DNA of 64,000 nt from Phycisphaerae bacterium (GCA_963666835.2 CAXXGO010000003.1:160001-224000); one strand, 5' to 3'. Counted from the first letter of the stretch, positions 9,734 through 20,756 are shown. Notes: generated from the letters alone by a model not told the origin. A program made the numbers and translations.

Positions 9734-10921
9734 CTAGAACGTACCTATCCCGGTAATCTCGCGTCCGACAATCAACTGGTGGATCGTCTCCGTTCCTTCA
9801 TATGTAATCACGCTCTCGAGGTTCAACGCATGCCTGATTGCGTCGCACTCGATGCTGATGCCGCCGGCGCCCAGAAGATCGCGCGTATCGCGGGCCACAT
9901 CCAGAGCCATTCGAACGTTATTCCACTTCGCCAGGGACACCTGCGTGTGGTGCATCTTGCCGGCGTCCTTGAGTCTTCCAAGCTGCAGGACGAGCAGTTG
10001 GGCCGTTGTGATGCGGCGAAGCATGTTTGCCAGGCGGATTTGAACGGTCTGCTTGCCGGCCAGACAGCTTCCGAAAAGCTCGCGCTCCCGCGCGAAGCTC
10101 AGCGCCTCGCGGTAGCAGGCAATCGCCGCTCCGACTGCCCCCCACGCTATACCGTATCGCGCTTGAGTCAGGCAGCTCAATGGGGCCGATAGCCCCTGCG
10201 CGCCCGGGAGCTGGTTAGCCGCCGGCACTCGACAGTTGTCGAAGAACTGCTCACTGGTAATCGAAGCCCGAAGCGAGAACTTGTGCGGGATGTTGCGGGC
10301 CGTATACCCCGGCGTGTCTTTCTCGACGAGGAACCCGCGAATGCCGTCCTCAGTATTCGCCCAGACCACGGCCACGTCGCCGATAGTGCCGTTAGTGATC
10401 CACATCTTGGCTCCGTTTATGACCCAATCGTCACCAATTCGTACGGCGCGGGTCTTCATGGCTCCGGGGTCGCTGCCTCCGTCCGGTTCCGTCAGTCCGA
10501 AACAGCCGACAGCTTCGGCTCGAGCCAACGCGGGCAGCCAACGGTTCTTTTGTTCTTCGGTTCCCCAACGGTGGATCGGGTACATGACCAATCCGCTCTG
10601 TACGGAAGCGAAGCTGCGGACGCCGCTATCGCCGCGCTCGAGTTCCTGCATGATCAGCCCGTACGCGACGTTGCTTAGTCCGGCACACCCGTATTCGGAC
10701 AAGGTTGGCCCGAATAGTCCCAACGCGGCCATCTCCGGGACCAACTCCATCGGGAACCGCGCTTCCTCGAAGCACTCCCCCGCACTAGGAAGCACCCGAT
10801 CATCCACGAACCGCGAAACCGCATCGCGAACTTGACGCTCGTCCTCGGTGAGCAGTGATTCGATGTCGAAAAAGTCCGGTAGTTGGGTATCAGCCACAAT
10901 GGGGCTCCGATTCAAAGTCAA
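9734..10921 (-). CDS. Acyl-CoA dehydrogenase, glutaryl-CoA dehydrogenase-like
   Basis: Motifs ELERGDSGVRSFASVQSGLVM, GCFGLTEPDGGSD, GAKMWITNG, NLESVITYEGT. Confidence 0.9.
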   Translation of the reverse strand: MTLNRSPIVADTQLPDFFDIESLLTEDERQVRDAVSRFVDDRVLPSAGECFEEARFPMELVPEMAALGLFGPTLSEYGCAGLSNVAYGLIMQELERGDSGVRSFASVQSGLVMYPIHRWGTEEQKNRWLPALARAEAVGCFGLTEPDGGSDPGAMKTRAVRIGDDWVINGAKMWITNGTIGDVAVVWANTEDGIRGFLVEKDTPGYTARNIPHKFSLRASITSEQFFDNCRVPAANQLPGAQGLSAPLSCLTQARYGIAWGAVGAAIACYREALSFARERELFGSCLAGKQTVQIRLANMLRRITTAQLLVLQLGRLKDAGKMHHTQVSLAKWNNVRMALDVARDTRDLLGAGGISIECDAIRHALNLESVITYEGTETIHQLIVGREITGIGTF

Positions 10922-11064
10922 GACGCCAACCTTGCCAATTGTCCCAACATCGGACCGCAGGTCAATCGGTCTCTGTGCCCGGCCGAATCTACGGCTTACG
11001 GGAGACGATCAATGATCTCATGATTGTCGCGGGGGACTCCGGTAACCTGCCCGACCGGTGGCAG

Positions 11065-11733
11065 TCAGGGCTCGCCGTCTTTGTCCTGATGACGGACGAT
11101 CTCGCCGGTGCAGAGAAAAACGACATCCTCGGCGATGTTGGTAGCGTGGTCGGCGATTCGTTCGAGGTTCTTGGCAACTGACAGAACATCCAGGAACGCG
11201 GCCATGTCCTCCGGCGATTCGGATGCCTCCCGTACGATGCCGCGGACAATCTGCCCGTAGAGGGCATCCACGGCTTCTTCCTGCTGGAAGACTTTGCGGG
11301 CGTCCGTGGCGTCTTGAGAGTTGTAGGCGCGGACGGCTTGGTGAAGAACGCTGCGGACCAACGGGTCCATCCGGCGAATCTCCACGCGTTGGGCATCCAG
11401 CTTGGTGATGTCCAGGTGGCACGCCCGCTCCGCGATATTCACGGCGCAGTCGGCCACACGCTCCAAATCGTTGTTTACCTTAAGAACCGTACAGAGCAGC
11501 CGCAGGTCGGAGCCCACCGGCTGATACAGAGCCATCAGCCGGATCACCTCCGTCTCGACTTCGACTTCTTCGCGGTCCACTTCGTGATCGCGCGTGCAGA
11601 CCCGTGCGGCGAGCGACTCGCTCCGCCGCATCACGGCCGAGCAGGCCTCGTCGACGATGTCTTCGACCAGAGCGGCCATTCGAAGGGAGCGGCGGCGGAT
11701 TCCGTCCAACAGTTCGACAAAATGTGCGGTCAT
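11065..11733 (-). CDS. phoU: Phosphate signalling protein PhoU
   Basis: QPVGSDLR, DLERVADCAVNIAE and NLERIADHATNIAE repeats; directly follows pstB. Confidence 0.95.
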   Translation of the reverse strand: MTAHFVELLDGIRRRSLRMAALVEDIVDEACSAVMRRSESLAARVCTRDHEVDREEVEVETEVIRLMALYQPVGSDLRLLCTVLKVNNDLERVADCAVNIAERACHLDITKLDAQRVEIRRMDPLVRSVLHQAVRAYNSQDATDARKVFQQEEAVDALYGQIVRGIVREASESPEDMAAFLDVLSVAKNLERIADHATNIAEDVVFLCTGEIVRHQDKDGEP

Positions 11734-11737
11734 TGTG

Positions 11738-12556
11738 CTATCCGAATCGTCCGGTGATGTAGTCTTGGGTACGTTTATCGCCGGGCTTGGTGAAGATCGT
11801 TCGGGTTTCGTTGACTTCGACAAGTTCACCAAGATACATGAAAGCCGTCAGGTCGGAGACCCGCCCGGCTTGTTGCATGTTGTGGGTTACGATGACGACG
11901 GTGTATTGCGTCTTCAGTTCGTGAATCAACTCTTCGATACGAGCCGTGGCCACCGGGTCGAGTGCGGAACACGGCTCATCCATGAGAAGCACGTCCGGTT
12001 GAAGAGCGACTGCCCGGGCGATACAGAGCCGCTGCTGTTGTCCTCCGGAGAGAGCAAAGGCGCTCTTATCGAGCTTGTCTTTGACCTCATCCCAAAGGGC
12101 CGCCTGCCGCAGCGAACGCTCGACCAACTCGTCAAGATCGCCGCGATATCCGTTGATCTTCGGCGCCCACGCAATGTTGCGATAGATTGACTTGGGAAAC
12201 GGGTTGGGTTTCTGAAAGACCATGCCGACCCGGCGGCGCAGCTCCACGGGGTCACACGCGGGTCCGTAGATGTTCTGGTCGCAGTAGAACAGCTTTCCCG
12301 TTACCCGTGTTCGGGGAATCAGGTCATTCATGCGGTTCATCGCCCGCAGCAAAGTGCTCTTGCCGCAGCCGGATGGGCCGATGATGGCGGTTACCTTACC
12401 CGGAGGGATCGACAGGGTAACGCTCCGAACGGCCTCATGGTCCCCATAGAACACCGAGAACCCGTCCGCGGAAATATGGGCCGACCGCTCGGTGCAGTCG
12501 CACACTTCGTTTGCCGCCGGCTCAGAGGCAGATGGAACCATGGTGTCAGTCCGCAT
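11738..12556 (-). CDS. pstB: Phosphate ABC transporter ATPase
   Basis: [48 protein letters not shown]. Start uncertain (12556 chosen). Confidence 0.95.
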   Translation of the reverse strand: MRTDTMVPSASEPAANEVCDCTERSAHISADGFSVFYGDHEAVRSVTLSIPPGKVTAIIGPSGCGKSTLLRAMNRMNDLIPRTRVTGKLFYCDQNIYGPACDPVELRRRVGMVFQKPNPFPKSIYRNIAWAPKINGYRGDLDELVERSLRQAALWDEVKDKLDKSAFALSGGQQQRLCIARAVALQPDVLLMDEPCSALDPVATARIEELIHELKTQYTVVIVTHNMQQAGRVSDLTAFMYLGELVEVNETRTIFTKPGDKRTQDYITGRFG

Positions 12557-12710
12557 TATGCTGTTGCCATTCTTAGAAGGGTGATTGTGCCTCTTCCGCC
12601 CCTCCTTGCCAAGGAGGGTTTGAAGGACGTTCTTCTCCCGCCGTACGGATGCCCCTCTGTCCCCCATTGTCAACGGGGCGGGGTCCTGAGCGACTTCTCG
12701 GGAAGCGGCA

Positions 12711-14060
12711 CTAGTTTCTGAGTTTCTTGCCAATTCGGGCTCGCAGAAAGATGGCCACACCGTTCAACAACAGCACCAGCATAACCAGGGTGAATACCAT
12801 TCCGAACTGGACGTGCCGGATCTCGTCGACCGCTTCATGCTCGGAACACAGATTGTAGATGTTCCAGGGCAACGCCGGGGTCGGCTGGGACGCCGTGTCC
12901 CACAGGGACAGCGGCCGGCCCACGCTGACGGCGGCGGTGAAGATGATGGGGGCGGTCTCTCCGGCGGCGCGCCCCATACTGATCACAATTCCCGTTAGAA
13001 TCCCCGGAAGCGCCGCGGGCAGAATGACAGCCACGATTGCTCGCCAACGAGTGGCTCCCAGGGCGAGAGCGGCCTCTCGGAAGGTCTGGGGCACGCTGCG
13101 GATCGCCTCCTCGGACGAGCGGATTACCAGCGGAAGAACCAGTATTCCCAGAGTGAGTGAACCGGCCAGAACACTCTTAGACGGGGACACGTGCAGGGTG
13201 TTGATGAAGAACGCCAGCCCGAACAGGCCAAAGACGATACTCGGCACTCCGGCAAGCGTGCTGATGCACGAACGAATCACCGTGACCAGTCGGCTATCAG
13301 CCCGCGCGTACTCGACGAGGTAGATCGCCGAGATGACTCCCAGGGGTACCGCGAACAGGATCGCTCCAATCGTTAAGTACAGAGTTCCGAGCAGCTCGGG
13401 CCAGATTCCTCCGAAGAAGTGCGCGTCGAGCGACCCGTTGGTCAGGAACCGCCAATAGAAGGTCCAGCGTGGACGGAGCATCTCGTCAACGTGCTCTTCG
13501 ACATACGGGAACAACTGGGCCAGAGAGGTTCCGGCAAAACCTTCACTCCGTGGAGTCAGGACCTTTTGGCCCATTTCGTTCGGGTTGGAGTAGTCGTAGC
13601 TCTCAACGGTCAGCAGGTCTCGGAGCTTGACCTCGGCGCGGTCCCAGCGCACCTGCCCGTATTGGTCACGCAGGAGGATTGGCCGCGGATCACCTGGGGC
13701 AGGGCCGAACAAATCCCGGAGTCGGTCCTCAAGCTCCGCCACCCGATCAGCATACTTTCGCCGCAACGCGAACCCGCCGCTTTCCAGTTCGTTCTTGAAG
13801 GTGTCGACCATGTCGTACACCGGGCGGCGGGCGGCGAGCGCCTCGGACACCTCGAATTCGACGGATTCAGGATCACCGTGGGCGAACTGCTCCAGTTGAA
13901 GCCGGCGATGTTCGACCGTGCCGCGAAAGACGAACGCGCCGATGCCGCGTCCGATGATCGGGAACAGAAGGACGATCAGGGCGGTGCCCATCAGGGCGAT
14001 CGAAGCGAACCCCGCCGCGGTGAATGACCGATCCAGCAATCTGCGTGAGCTGATCTGCAT
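12711..14060 (-). CDS. pstA: Phosphate ABC transporter permease PstA, with a large N-terminal soluble insertion
   Basis: [34 protein letters not shown] motifs. Confidence 0.93.
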   Translation of the reverse strand: MQISSRRLLDRSFTAAGFASIALMGTALIVLLFPIIGRGIGAFVFRGTVEHRRLQLEQFAHGDPESVEFEVSEALAARRPVYDMVDTFKNELESGGFALRRKYADRVAELEDRLRDLFGPAPGDPRPILLRDQYGQVRWDRAEVKLRDLLTVESYDYSNPNEMGQKVLTPRSEGFAGTSLAQLFPYVEEHVDEMLRPRWTFYWRFLTNGSLDAHFFGGIWPELLGTLYLTIGAILFAVPLGVISAIYLVEYARADSRLVTVIRSCISTLAGVPSIVFGLFGLAFFINTLHVSPSKSVLAGSLTLGILVLPLVIRSSEEAIRSVPQTFREAALALGATRWRAIVAVILPAALPGILTGIVISMGRAAGETAPIIFTAAVSVGRPLSLWDTASQPTPALPWNIYNLCSEHEAVDEIRHVQFGMVFTLVMLVLLLNGVAIFLRARIGKKLRN

Positions 14061-14061
14061 A

Positions 14062-15210
14062 TCAGGTCTTGCCTTTGTCCGAGCGTCGAACGATGACTTC
14101 GCTGATCAGATTGAAGAAGTACGAGATCGTCAGCAGGCATAAGGCCATTCCAAACAGCACGTGATACCTTGCCGAGCCGGTGACGTGGTCTGCCTCGCCC
14201 ATCTCCCCGGCGATGGTCGCGGTGAGAGTCCGCACCGGTTCGAGAAGATTGAACCAAGGGTGGGGAATCTGTGCGGCGTTGCCGGAGGCCATCCACACGA
14301 CCATGGTTTCTCCGATGGCCCGCATGATTCCGAGGATTATTGCCGCACAGATGCCGCTCCGGCCGGCCGGAAGGACCACTCTCAGAAGGGTCTCCGCTCG
14401 CGTAGCCCCGAGCGCGTAAGCTCCCTCGCGAAGCTCACGACCCACAGACTGCAAAGCGTCCTCCGAGACACTGACGACCGTCGGTAAGGCCATGATTCCG
14501 AGGATGACGCAGACATTCAATGCGTTTGCTCCGCTGACGATCTCAATAGCCCCCACCCGACCTGACAGATGCGAGAGAGCCGCAAAGGTGAGTCCACCCA
14601 ACACCAGCGGAATGATCCAACGTCCAGCCCGGTGGCTCCACCCGCTAAGACGGCTCGTGATCGAATTGGCGGCGATAAGAACCGTTAACCCGAGGATCGG
14701 GACTCCGATCAGCCAGACCGCCACAGACAGGATCAACCCGCCTCGCTCCTGAAGCTGCGGCGCCAGGACGACGAGGGCGAAGAAGCCGAACGCCACCGAG
14801 GGGATGGCGGCCAGGACCTCGATCACCGGCTTGACGAGTTGACGGACCCGGAATGGCAGAATGTCGCTCAGGCATATTGCGGCAGAGACCCCAACGGGTA
14901 CCGCGACGAAGATCGCTCCGAGGGTTACCAGCCCGGTGCCCACGAATATGGACAGAGCTCCGAAACTCGCGTTCTCGGCCGAAGGATACCACGCGGTACT
15001 CGTGAAGAACTCCGTTACTCCGCGGAGCTGAAAGAACGGCAACGCGTCCCTGATAATGAAGTAGAAGATGAACAGGACCGTAACGGCGGAACTCGAAGTC
15101 AGCCCCAGAAGTACGGCATGGCCGGCGAACGCCATCAGGCGTTTGCGCCGGCCGGCCGCTCTGCTGATCAGCAGGTTCCTGCGGGGCATCGATGTTGCGC
15201 CGATTGGCAT
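14062..15210 (-). CDS. pstC: Phosphate ABC transporter permease PstC
   Basis: EVLAAIPSVAFG, REGAYALGAT, RAIGETM, TLTATIAGEMGEA motifs. Confidence 0.93.
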   Translation of the reverse strand: MPIGATSMPRRNLLISRAAGRRKRLMAFAGHAVLLGLTSSSAVTVLFIFYFIIRDALPFFQLRGVTEFFTSTAWYPSAENASFGALSIFVGTGLVTLGAIFVAVPVGVSAAICLSDILPFRVRQLVKPVIEVLAAIPSVAFGFFALVVLAPQLQERGGLILSVAVWLIGVPILGLTVLIAANSITSRLSGWSHRAGRWIIPLVLGGLTFAALSHLSGRVGAIEIVSGANALNVCVILGIMALPTVVSVSEDALQSVGRELREGAYALGATRAETLLRVVLPAGRSGICAAIILGIMRAIGETMVVWMASGNAAQIPHPWFNLLEPVRTLTATIAGEMGEADHVTGSARYHVLFGMALCLLTISYFFNLISEVIVRRSDKGKT

Positions 15211-15237
15211 GAGTTTACCGTCTATTCGAGCCGGTCA

Positions 15238-16068
15238 CTAATCGTGGTACTGGGTCACCGGGATGAACCCGATGCTCTCGACAATCTCCTGGCCTTCGCG
15301 CGTAAGGTGCATCGTTACAAAGGCGTGCAGCGGCGAACCCATGGCCGGATATCCGTTAGTGAACATGTACAACGGCCGGGCGATTGGGTATCGCCCCGAA
15401 GCGATGGTCGCATTGTCCGGGAGGATGTTGTTCATCCGCAGGGGTTTGACGCTTCGGTCGACAAAGCCCAGGCCCACATACCCGATAGCGGCCGGGGTGG
15501 ATTGCACTCGGGCTCGGACGGCCCCGTTGCTGCCGACGTGTTCCGCTCCCGAAGATACTTCTTCCTTGTTCATTACGAGGTTCTCGAAGGTCTCGAACGT
15601 GCCGCTGTTCGTGTCGCGACTTATTGTAATGATCTGCTTGTCGGGGCCACCCACCTGCTTCCAGTTAGTAACCCGTCCGGCATAGATGTCACGGACCTGC
15701 GACACGGTAAGGCCGCTGATCGGGTTCGCCGGATGAACGATCATGGCGATGCCATCAACCGCAACGACGTGGGCCACCGGGGTTATGCCCTTGGCGACGG
15801 CAGCCTCGAACTCCTTGGTCTTCATGAAACGCGACATGTCGGCGATGTCGCACGCGCCGTTGATCAGGCTCTTGGCCCCGTTTCCACTACCCGACTCGCT
15901 GACCGTAATGTTGACCTCGGGATGCTGCCGCATGTAGTGTTCGGCGAACGCCTTGGCGATCGGGCCGACCGTAGTTGACCCATCGATGACGATCGTGTCA
16001 TTGCCCGCCCGAACCGGGCTGACCAGCATCAACACCGTTGCCGCTAGGATGACTGTCGTGCATTTCAT
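15238..16068 (-). CDS. pstS: Phosphate-binding protein PstS
   Basis: Signal peptide; GSTTV, SGSGNG, RDTNSGTFETF, GRYPIARPL motifs; GGAG RBS. Confidence 0.93.
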   Translation of the reverse strand: MKCTTVILAATVLMLVSPVRAGNDTIVIDGSTTVGPIAKAFAEHYMRQHPEVNITVSESGSGNGAKSLINGACDIADMSRFMKTKEFEAAVAKGITPVAHVVAVDGIAMIVHPANPISGLTVSQVRDIYAGRVTNWKQVGGPDKQIITISRDTNSGTFETFENLVMNKEEVSSGAEHVGSNGAVRARVQSTPAAIGYVGLGFVDRSVKPLRMNNILPDNATIASGRYPIARPLYMFTNGYPAMGSPLHAFVTMHLTREGQEIVESIGFIPVTQYHD

Positions 16069-16279
16069 TCTCTGTTTCTCCAATAGTCGTTTGAGGTTCG
16101 GTCGGACCCTCCGCCGGGACAATAAGCACGTTACTGTCTCGGCGAAGGACCGACGTTACCTATAGCCTCCATCCCCCGACCGCGCGGTACCTTTCACGGG
16201 GCACCCCGCGTTCTCCATTTCACACAAAAGTCGCCGGCTAACCCGGGACGTTGCTTGCCTTCCCCAAGGCTGTTGCCGT

Positions 16280-16483
16280 CTATTCGGCATCGTCGTTCGT
16301 GGCGAACAGGTCTTCCGCCGCCGGGAACAACGCCTCCAGAAGGTCCGTAGTGTAGCCCTTAACGAAGGACTGCGTGCCGGCCACGAGGTTGTAACGAAGG
16401 TCCACGGCGGAACAGGCCGAGCTGTAGACCATGCCGGCGGTCAGGACACCCAAGACCGCAGTTTTTACCTTGTTGATTCGCAT
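16280..16483 (-). CDS. Small (67 aa) putative lipoprotein within the pst operon
   Basis: AGGAG RBS; basic N-terminus, hydrophobic stretch and SSA-C; lies between the porin and pstS. Confidence 0.65.
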   Translation of the reverse strand: MRINKVKTAVLGVLTAGMVYSSACSAVDLRYNLVAGTQSFVKGYTTDLLEALFPAAEDLFATNDDAE

Positions 16484-16510
16484 TCAGATGCTCCTGTTAG
16501 TGGTGAATCC

Positions 16511-17869
16511 CTAGAGACTCATCTTGAAACGCAGCCCTCCCACGAGGGCATTACGGTCGTCTTTATCCCCACCCGCATTGGCGATGAACTGAAGATCGGG
16601 GCTGATGGTCAGCCATGGTGTCACGTATATGGCGTAGTAGAGTTCGTACACGGTTTCTCGATCGGCACGTTCGTGGACGCGTCTATACTCGTCCGAGAGG
16701 ATTCCCTGGGCAACACCGAGACCCAACCGGTCCTTATCCCGTGTCGGGAACAACCCTTGATAGTGGGCCGCCGCCGCCCAGAAGTGTTCGACCTTGTTCA
16801 CTTCCCCGTGGGCATACCCGTATCTGCCTGCGATGCTGAGACCCTGCTTGTCCTTGGGGTCGTCGTTTTCCTTCCAGACCAGTTGGTCGAATCCGACGAA
16901 GAAGCCCCATTGACCGCTCTGGTAGCGCGGAGCGCGCAGCCCACCGAGCGTGTCCCAGTACCGCTCCTTCGTAGTCGGATCAAACCAGGTGCCGACTCGG
17001 TAGTGCCCGCCGAGCTTGCCGTTGGCGGAATCGAACTTCGGCTTGATACCCAGCTCACCGAAGAACCTGTATTCGTCCTCGTTGTGGAACGCCGTGTCGA
17101 AGTTCGTCCGCCGGTCTTTCGAGTGAGCGTCCAAAGCGGCGACCCGGGCGTAGACTTGGTCAGTGACGTTCCAGTTCACGAACAGGCCCAATCCCTTATT
17201 CGACGGAATCGTAGCGTTACGAACCAACGTCCGGTTCAGAAAGAGCGAGTCCTCGTCGCCCATTACGATGCTGCAATCGAACAGGTCCTTCACCGGCTCC
17301 ATCCGGCCGATCCGGAACTCGAGGCGACCATCGAGGAGTTTCTGCTTCCAATGCCATTTGTCGATGAAGAGTGGCTCTTCGCTGCCGGCATCCTGGTTGG
17401 TTTTGAAGATTCCCCCTATCTTCTCCTTGTCGAAATCGCTGTCGTCACCACCCCACGTACCCTTTGCTCTGAAGAAGAACTCGGCACCGTCGACGAGGTG
17501 CATCTTCTCCAGGTCCAGGTACGTGCTGAATTCGTAACTGCCGGCGGTGTCGTGCCCGTTCCGGGTCTCTTTGCCGCCGTACATGTTGACCATCAACTGG
17601 TTCATCAGTTTGATCTTGAACTTGACGCCGACTTCCTCCAGGTCCGTGCGGACGCCGCCCCAGTCTCCGGTGAGACGCGGGGCCGTACGGAGGTCGAAGG
17701 GGCGTGCCATGTCGGCAGCCACGTCTCGCTCGGTCGGCGGCGGCGAGCGATCCGAACTTGGTTCGTTTGCTTGGTTGCTTTGCCCGGTTGCGGGGTCGAC
17801 TGCAAGGCAGCCAATCCATGCTATCGACGCTATCATGGCGACTGCAGACGTCCTTGAGGTGTGGTTCAT
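16511..17869 (-). CDS. OprB-family (carbohydrate-selective type) outer-membrane porin
   Basis: LTGDWGGVRTDL N-terminal motif; C-terminal ETVYELYY..YVTPWLTISPDLQFIANAGG...GLRF; AGGAG RBS. Confidence 0.85.
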   Translation of the reverse strand: MNHTSRTSAVAMIASIAWIGCLAVDPATGQSNQANEPSSDRSPPPTERDVAADMARPFDLRTAPRLTGDWGGVRTDLEEVGVKFKIKLMNQLMVNMYGGKETRNGHDTAGSYEFSTYLDLEKMHLVDGAEFFFRAKGTWGGDDSDFDKEKIGGIFKTNQDAGSEEPLFIDKWHWKQKLLDGRLEFRIGRMEPVKDLFDCSIVMGDEDSLFLNRTLVRNATIPSNKGLGLFVNWNVTDQVYARVAALDAHSKDRRTNFDTAFHNEDEYRFFGELGIKPKFDSANGKLGGHYRVGTWFDPTTKERYWDTLGGLRAPRYQSGQWGFFVGFDQLVWKENDDPKDKQGLSIAGRYGYAHGEVNKVEHFWAAAAHYQGLFPTRDKDRLGLGVAQGILSDEYRRVHERADRETVYELYYAIYVTPWLTISPDLQFIANAGGDKDDRNALVGGLRFKMSL

Positions 17870-17967
17870 TCCAGCTCCTTCCTGGGTCGCGTGGACACAC
17901 TGTCACGACAAGGTGCCCGGCAACCCTGAGAAGCCTGTCGCCGGACCATCCTATTCACGTCCGGCGG

Positions 17968-18022
17968 ATTCTCACGGTCCTTCATTAACGTTGTATTCAG
18001 GAATTGTTAAGATTGCGCTAAG
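17968..18022 (-). promoter_or_regulatory. Pho-box-like array upstream of the porin-pst operon
   Basis: Minus strand reads CTTAGC-N5-CTTAAC-N5-CTGAAT-N5-GTTAAT (exact 11-bp period), then 10 nt, then GAGAAT (possible -10). Confidence 0.7.
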
Positions 18023-18131
18023 CTTGGAGGTGGCATCGAAACCTGCGATGCGAAACCCCGTACGGTGATGCGGGTTTACCCGTAAGGACCGCGACTCAGT
18101 GACCCGGCAGACCTTGGGGCCTGCCGCGATT

Positions 18132-20054
18132 CTACTGCCCTACGGGCAACGTTACGGTGACGCAAGTGCCCTTGCCCGGCGCGCTGGCGAGACGCACGGT
18201 GCCTTGCATGGCTGCTGCGGCGTGCCGGACGATGGCTAAGCCGAGTCCCGTGCCGCGGCGCTCGGCGGATTCACTGCCGGTGCCGGAACGCGACCTTTCC
18301 ACCTGAAAGAACCGCTCGAAAACCCGCTCCTGGTCTGCCGCGGGGATGCCGCATCCCGTATCAGCCACCTCGATTGCTACGGCCTGACCATCCCGCTTGC
18401 TGGAAACCGCGACCCGGCCGCCCGGTTCAGTGAACTTGATGGCGTTGTCGACGAGGTTGTCGAGGATGAGGCTTAGGAGTTGGTCATTGCCGGTGACCGC
18501 CGCAGCGTCATCCGCAATGTCGCTCTGCCATGACAAGTTCTTGGCGGTCAGCGACTCCGCCCGGCGAGATCGGACCCCGGCGATAACCGAGGAAAGCTGA
18601 ACGCTCCGAAGACTAAATGTGCCCGGAGCCGTTTCGACACGGGATAGATCGAGAAGGTCAGCCACCATCTCCTCCAGGTGGGCGCTGTGCCGGTCGACCA
18701 TTCGCACGAACCGATCAGCCGCTTGGTGCTCCTCGGCTAGGTTCATAGTCAGCAGGGTCTCTACCGAGGCGCGGATTGCCGATAAAGGCGTCCGCAGCTC
18801 GTGCGACGCGTTGGCCACGAAGTCGCTCTTCATCTGAATCGTCTTGGCGAGCTCGGTGATATCGGTCAGAACCAGCAGACGTCCGAAAGATCGGCCTGTT
18901 CGCCGACTAGATGATTCGAATGACGGCAATGCGATGTCCCAGGCGCGGGCAAGAACGGAGATGACATCACCGTTACGCCGTAACTCCAGCCGTGATTCCT
19001 GTGGCGGGCGTTCCGTTTCGGGAACCGTGGAGGGATCTTCATTCCCACGCTTCGCCGGGTCCGTGGACATTGGGCTTCCTGATTCCGGAAGGAGCATCAT
19101 CTGGATCTCATGTTGGGTGATGCATCCCTCCACGGTCGCCCCGGAAGCCAATGGGTTGGTGTTTGAATCGTGTGACGCGACGTTCAGCAGTCTCGCGGCC
19201 GCGGGGTTCAGCAAGACAATGCGGGCGTCAGGTCCGACTACGACCACTCCTTCGTGAAGCTGCGTCAACAGCGCTTCCAGAGTGCGTTTCTGCCGGTCGA
19301 TAGTGTCGAGTTGGGTGCTGAGGTGCTCGCGCATGTCGTTGAGCGACTTTGCCAGGATCGCCACCTCGTCCGAGCCGGTGACCGGAGCGCGGGCGGAAAG
19401 GTCTCCGCGTGAAAGCCGGTGTGCGATTGTGGTGATTCGCCGGATCGGGTTCGACCACAATCGGGCCAAGCCCAGAGCCAAGAGGATCGCCGCCACCAGG
19501 ATGACCAGCGCTACCGTCCACACCAGCCTCTCGACCGAATCGGCCCGCGCCCCGATTGTCCGGACGGCCATTGCCACGCGTACGACACCTTGCGGGTCAT
19601 CCACCGACCCGATTCGCACGGCGACATAGCGCAGTTCTCTTGATACGGTCTGTGACCATCGCGTTTTCTGCCCCCATCCCTCCGCCAGGGCCTGCTGGAT
19701 CTCCTGGCGATCGTCGTGCGATTCCATTATTGCCGGATCCGCTTCCGAGTCTCCCAGGACGAGCCCGTCAACGCTTATCAGGGTGACACGCACACCGTCG
19801 GCTTCCGACCCGCCCAGCTCCTTAGCCAGCCGGTCCAGTTCGGGGGCGTTAGAGGGGGTGAGCTTGTCACGGATGAACGGGATTACGGCGGCAGCTTGAG
19901 CTCGGAGATTCTCGGTCAGCTCCCGGTTGTGAAGCTGCTCGAATTCCCGAAGGAGCAGCCACCCGCAGGCTCCGAGCACCAAGCCGAGAAGGGTTGCGTT
20001 TCCAAGGAAAACCTTCCAGAAGAACCGTCCCGGTTTTGTGGGTGCCTCCGGCAT
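18132..20054 (-). CDS. phoR: Sensor histidine kinase PhoR
   Basis: Two TM helices, HAMP and PAS-like segments, DFVANASHELRTPL H-box, NLVDNAIKF, GTGLGLAIV; coupled to phoB. Confidence 0.9.
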   Translation of the reverse strand: MPEAPTKPGRFFWKVFLGNATLLGLVLGACGWLLLREFEQLHNRELTENLRAQAAAVIPFIRDKLTPSNAPELDRLAKELGGSEADGVRVTLISVDGLVLGDSEADPAIMESHDDRQEIQQALAEGWGQKTRWSQTVSRELRYVAVRIGSVDDPQGVVRVAMAVRTIGARADSVERLVWTVALVILVAAILLALGLARLWSNPIRRITTIAHRLSRGDLSARAPVTGSDEVAILAKSLNDMREHLSTQLDTIDRQKRTLEALLTQLHEGVVVVGPDARIVLLNPAAARLLNVASHDSNTNPLASGATVEGCITQHEIQMMLLPESGSPMSTDPAKRGNEDPSTVPETERPPQESRLELRRNGDVISVLARAWDIALPSFESSSRRTGRSFGRLLVLTDITELAKTIQMKSDFVANASHELRTPLSAIRASVETLLTMNLAEEHQAADRFVRMVDRHSAHLEEMVADLLDLSRVETAPGTFSLRSVQLSSVIAGVRSRRAESLTAKNLSWQSDIADDAAAVTGNDQLLSLILDNLVDNAIKFTEPGGRVAVSSKRDGQAVAIEVADTGCGIPAADQERVFERFFQVERSRSGTGSESAERRGTGLGLAIVRHAAAAMQGTVRLASAPGKGTCVTVTLPVGQ

Positions 20055-20756
20055 CTACTCGTCACTCTCCGGTGTTCGAAACGTGTACCCAACGCCGCGA
20101 ACTGTCCTAATCCAGCCTGCGGCATCCTTGAGCTTACGGCGCAAGGCCGCGATATGAACATCGATGGTCCGGTCGGTTACCGCGACGGTGGGCCCTAATA
20201 CGCTGGTGATCAACTGTTCGCGATCCAGGACGCGTCCGCCGGCCTGCATGAGCGCTTTGAGGATGCGAAATTCCATGGCCGTCAGCGACAGAGGGGCCCC
20301 GTCCACCGAAGCCTCGTGCCGGTTCTCGTCTACGGTGATAGGCCCGATCGAAATGGCACTTCGCCCGTCGGGCTTCGCCTCCCTTCGACGGAGTACGGCG
20401 CCCACGCGTGCCAGCAACAGCTTCATCGAAAACGGCTTCGTTATGTAGTCATCCGCTCCCAGGGCGAACCCGACTAACTCGTCAGCCTCTTCGGCCTTGG
20501 CGGTCAACATGATAATCGGAATGTTCGCCGTGCGTGGATCACGCTTGAGCTGCCTTGCGACCTCGTCGCCGGAGCGCGCGGGTAACATGCGGTCGAGGAT
20601 AATCAGGTTGGGCGGATGCTGGCGGACTTCCGTGATCGCAGCGTCACCATCCAGGGCATGCCGACACGCATATCCCTCCTTGTCCAAGTTGAATCGGATC
20701 AACTCGGCCAGATCCGCTTCGTCCTCGACGACCAGGATCGACTTCTCCGATCTCAT
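20055..20756 (-). CDS. phoB: OmpR/PhoB-family response regulator
   Basis: ILVVEDE, LDRMLP, MLTAK, DDYITKPFS, DRTIDVHIAALRRKL; adjacent to phoR and pst. Confidence 0.9.
   Translation of the reverse strand: MRSEKSILVVEDEADLAELIRFNLDKEGYACRHALDGDAAITEVRQHPPNLIILDRMLPARSGDEVARQLKRDPRTANIPIIMLTAKAEEADELVGFALGADDYITKPFSMKLLLARVGAVLRRREAKPDGRSAISIGPITVDENRHEASVDGAPLSLTAMEFRILKALMQAGGRVLDREQLITSVLGPTVAVTDRTIDVHIAALRRKLKDAAGWIRTVRGVGYTFRTPESDE

Noticed and set aside
16100..16270. Separate Pho box directly before pstS
   Set aside because: GTTAC copies are 25 bp apart, not in 11-bp phase.
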